64,000 nucleotides of DNA from Lama guanicoe (Eukaryota), in NCBI GenBank assembly GCA_013239625.1, contig MU053487.1, positions 2,687,058-2,751,057 on the forward strand. The letters are read 5' to 3'. Position numbers and translations under genes: made by a program. The notes under the pieces are model-generated. The model searched no databases, was not told where the DNA came from, and saw only the letters and a list, made by a program, of their open reading frames with translations. Shown here one piece after another: positions 63,101-64,000 of this stretch. How positions within the stretch are numbered: position 1 is the stretch's first letter; each line of letters begins with the position of its first letter.

Positions 63101-64000
63101 AGATGGAAGATTCAACCTGACCAATATCCTTCCATCACACAAGTGGTACTTCTTCCATCAGTCAAAACACGTCTGACAAGAAGAGAGATTGAGATGGTGG
63201 TCAGAAGAATTTGGAGGATGAGGGCAAGGCTCAGAAGCACAGAGCGAGCACACACTTTTATGTGATTATTTGGGTCATTTTAGGGGAGAGCAAGAAAGCA
63301 GGCCTTCAGTGAACTTGGACCTAGAAAAACTGGGGTATAGTTGTGTTCTGCCCATTTTCTCACGCAAGAATACAAGATGTAGTGGGATCCACCAGGAAGG
63401 CACAAGCCTCTGATGCCTTTATGGTTCAGGAGACGCTCAAGAGGGCTGATGATGTGTGGCCATGTGGGAAGTCTTCTCCTACCAGGCCTTCCTTCTCTTG
63501 GTCCTAGCCGAAGACCCTGGCCAGTGGCAGAGGGACCCAGTGAAGGTGAACGCTAATGGCCCAGATGGCCAGGCCTGTGGTTTCTCCAGTTGTGGGAAAA
63601 CAGCTGTGAGGGCAGTGGCTCCTGTGGGGCCAAGACAGGCAGCAGGGCCAGGGGGAGGAAGCGGCTGCCCGGCTCCCTCCCGGAAAGGGGCTGGGGGCTG
63701 GGGCTGGTCCTCAGGGCAGCAGGGCGTGAGAGCACCGTGCAGCCTTCTCAACAGGGCTTTATGGAAGTGAAGGACGATAAATAAAAGCGTTCTCGCTTAT
63801 CACACACCATATGGCGAGCAGACGTGGAGGCAGGCGCTAGGGGCCGGGCCTGTTTTGTTTAGGCTATCTTTAGGTTATTTTTTCCTTTTGTCTTTAAGCC
63901 TATTCCAGTGTTTTTCTCCCCCTTTCCTGCTTTTCCTAAGAAGTTTTCATCCCATATATGGTGATAATATCCCCATCGTAGAAGACTGCTTGGGCTGCAC

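Larger units (their letters stand above)
1..64000 (+). other. ITGA9: Internal part of the integrin alpha-9 gene (intron 3 to intron 15; 12 coding exons)
   Basis: Twelve GT-AG exons (124, 68, 130, 86, 69, 138, 106, 95, 91, 46, 155 and 161 nt) join with compatible phases into a 1269-nt open frame. It reads ACAHRWKNIYYE...HYVAHVK and closely matches integrin alpha-9 as recalled. Exon numbering is by analogy to human. Confidence 0.97.

Noticed and set aside
61129..64000. Exon 16 or an alternative terminal exon
   Set aside because: No RRVQDVISP-like coding sequence is seen. Read-through of exon 15 stops after 9 codons, and an isolated AATAAA near 63780 has no other support.
1..64000. CRISPR arrays, operons, nested genes, retrocopies, NUMTs or a novel multi-gene system
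   Set aside because: By eye I saw no regularly spaced repeats, no second spliced gene, no processed pseudogene and no mitochondrial-like sequence. The window is explained by ITGA9 exons plus TE-rich introns, though highly diverged elements could be missed without a database search.

Overview
Mammalian genomic DNA, most likely from a camelid (camel, alpaca or llama), judged from four tRNA-Ala-derived vic-1-type SINEs and cetartiodactyl-type L1 3' ends. The whole window lies inside the integrin alpha-9 gene (ITGA9, + strand). Twelve internal coding exons (numbered 4-15 by comparison with the human gene as I recall it) splice at canonical GT-AG sites into one open frame of 1269 nt (423 codons). 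They encode beta-propeller FG-GAP repeats with three Ca2+-binding loops and the start of the thigh domain. No start or stop codon of the gene is in the window. The rest is intron filled with old and lineage-specific transposable elements (MIR, L2, L1, hAT and Tigger MITEs, MaLR/ERVL LTRs, vic-1 SINEs) and microsatellites. Repeat family names come from recalled consensus sequences and their boundaries are approximate. Nearly all ORFs in the six-frame track are spurious. I found no evidence of a new multi-gene system. The best second-look items are small structural ones: an ungapped 81-bp local duplication, a perfect 16-bp inverted repeat, a MER53 hairpin with a miR-1302-like sequence, an L1 insert truncated at both ends with a perfect 16-bp TSD, and several nested insertions.
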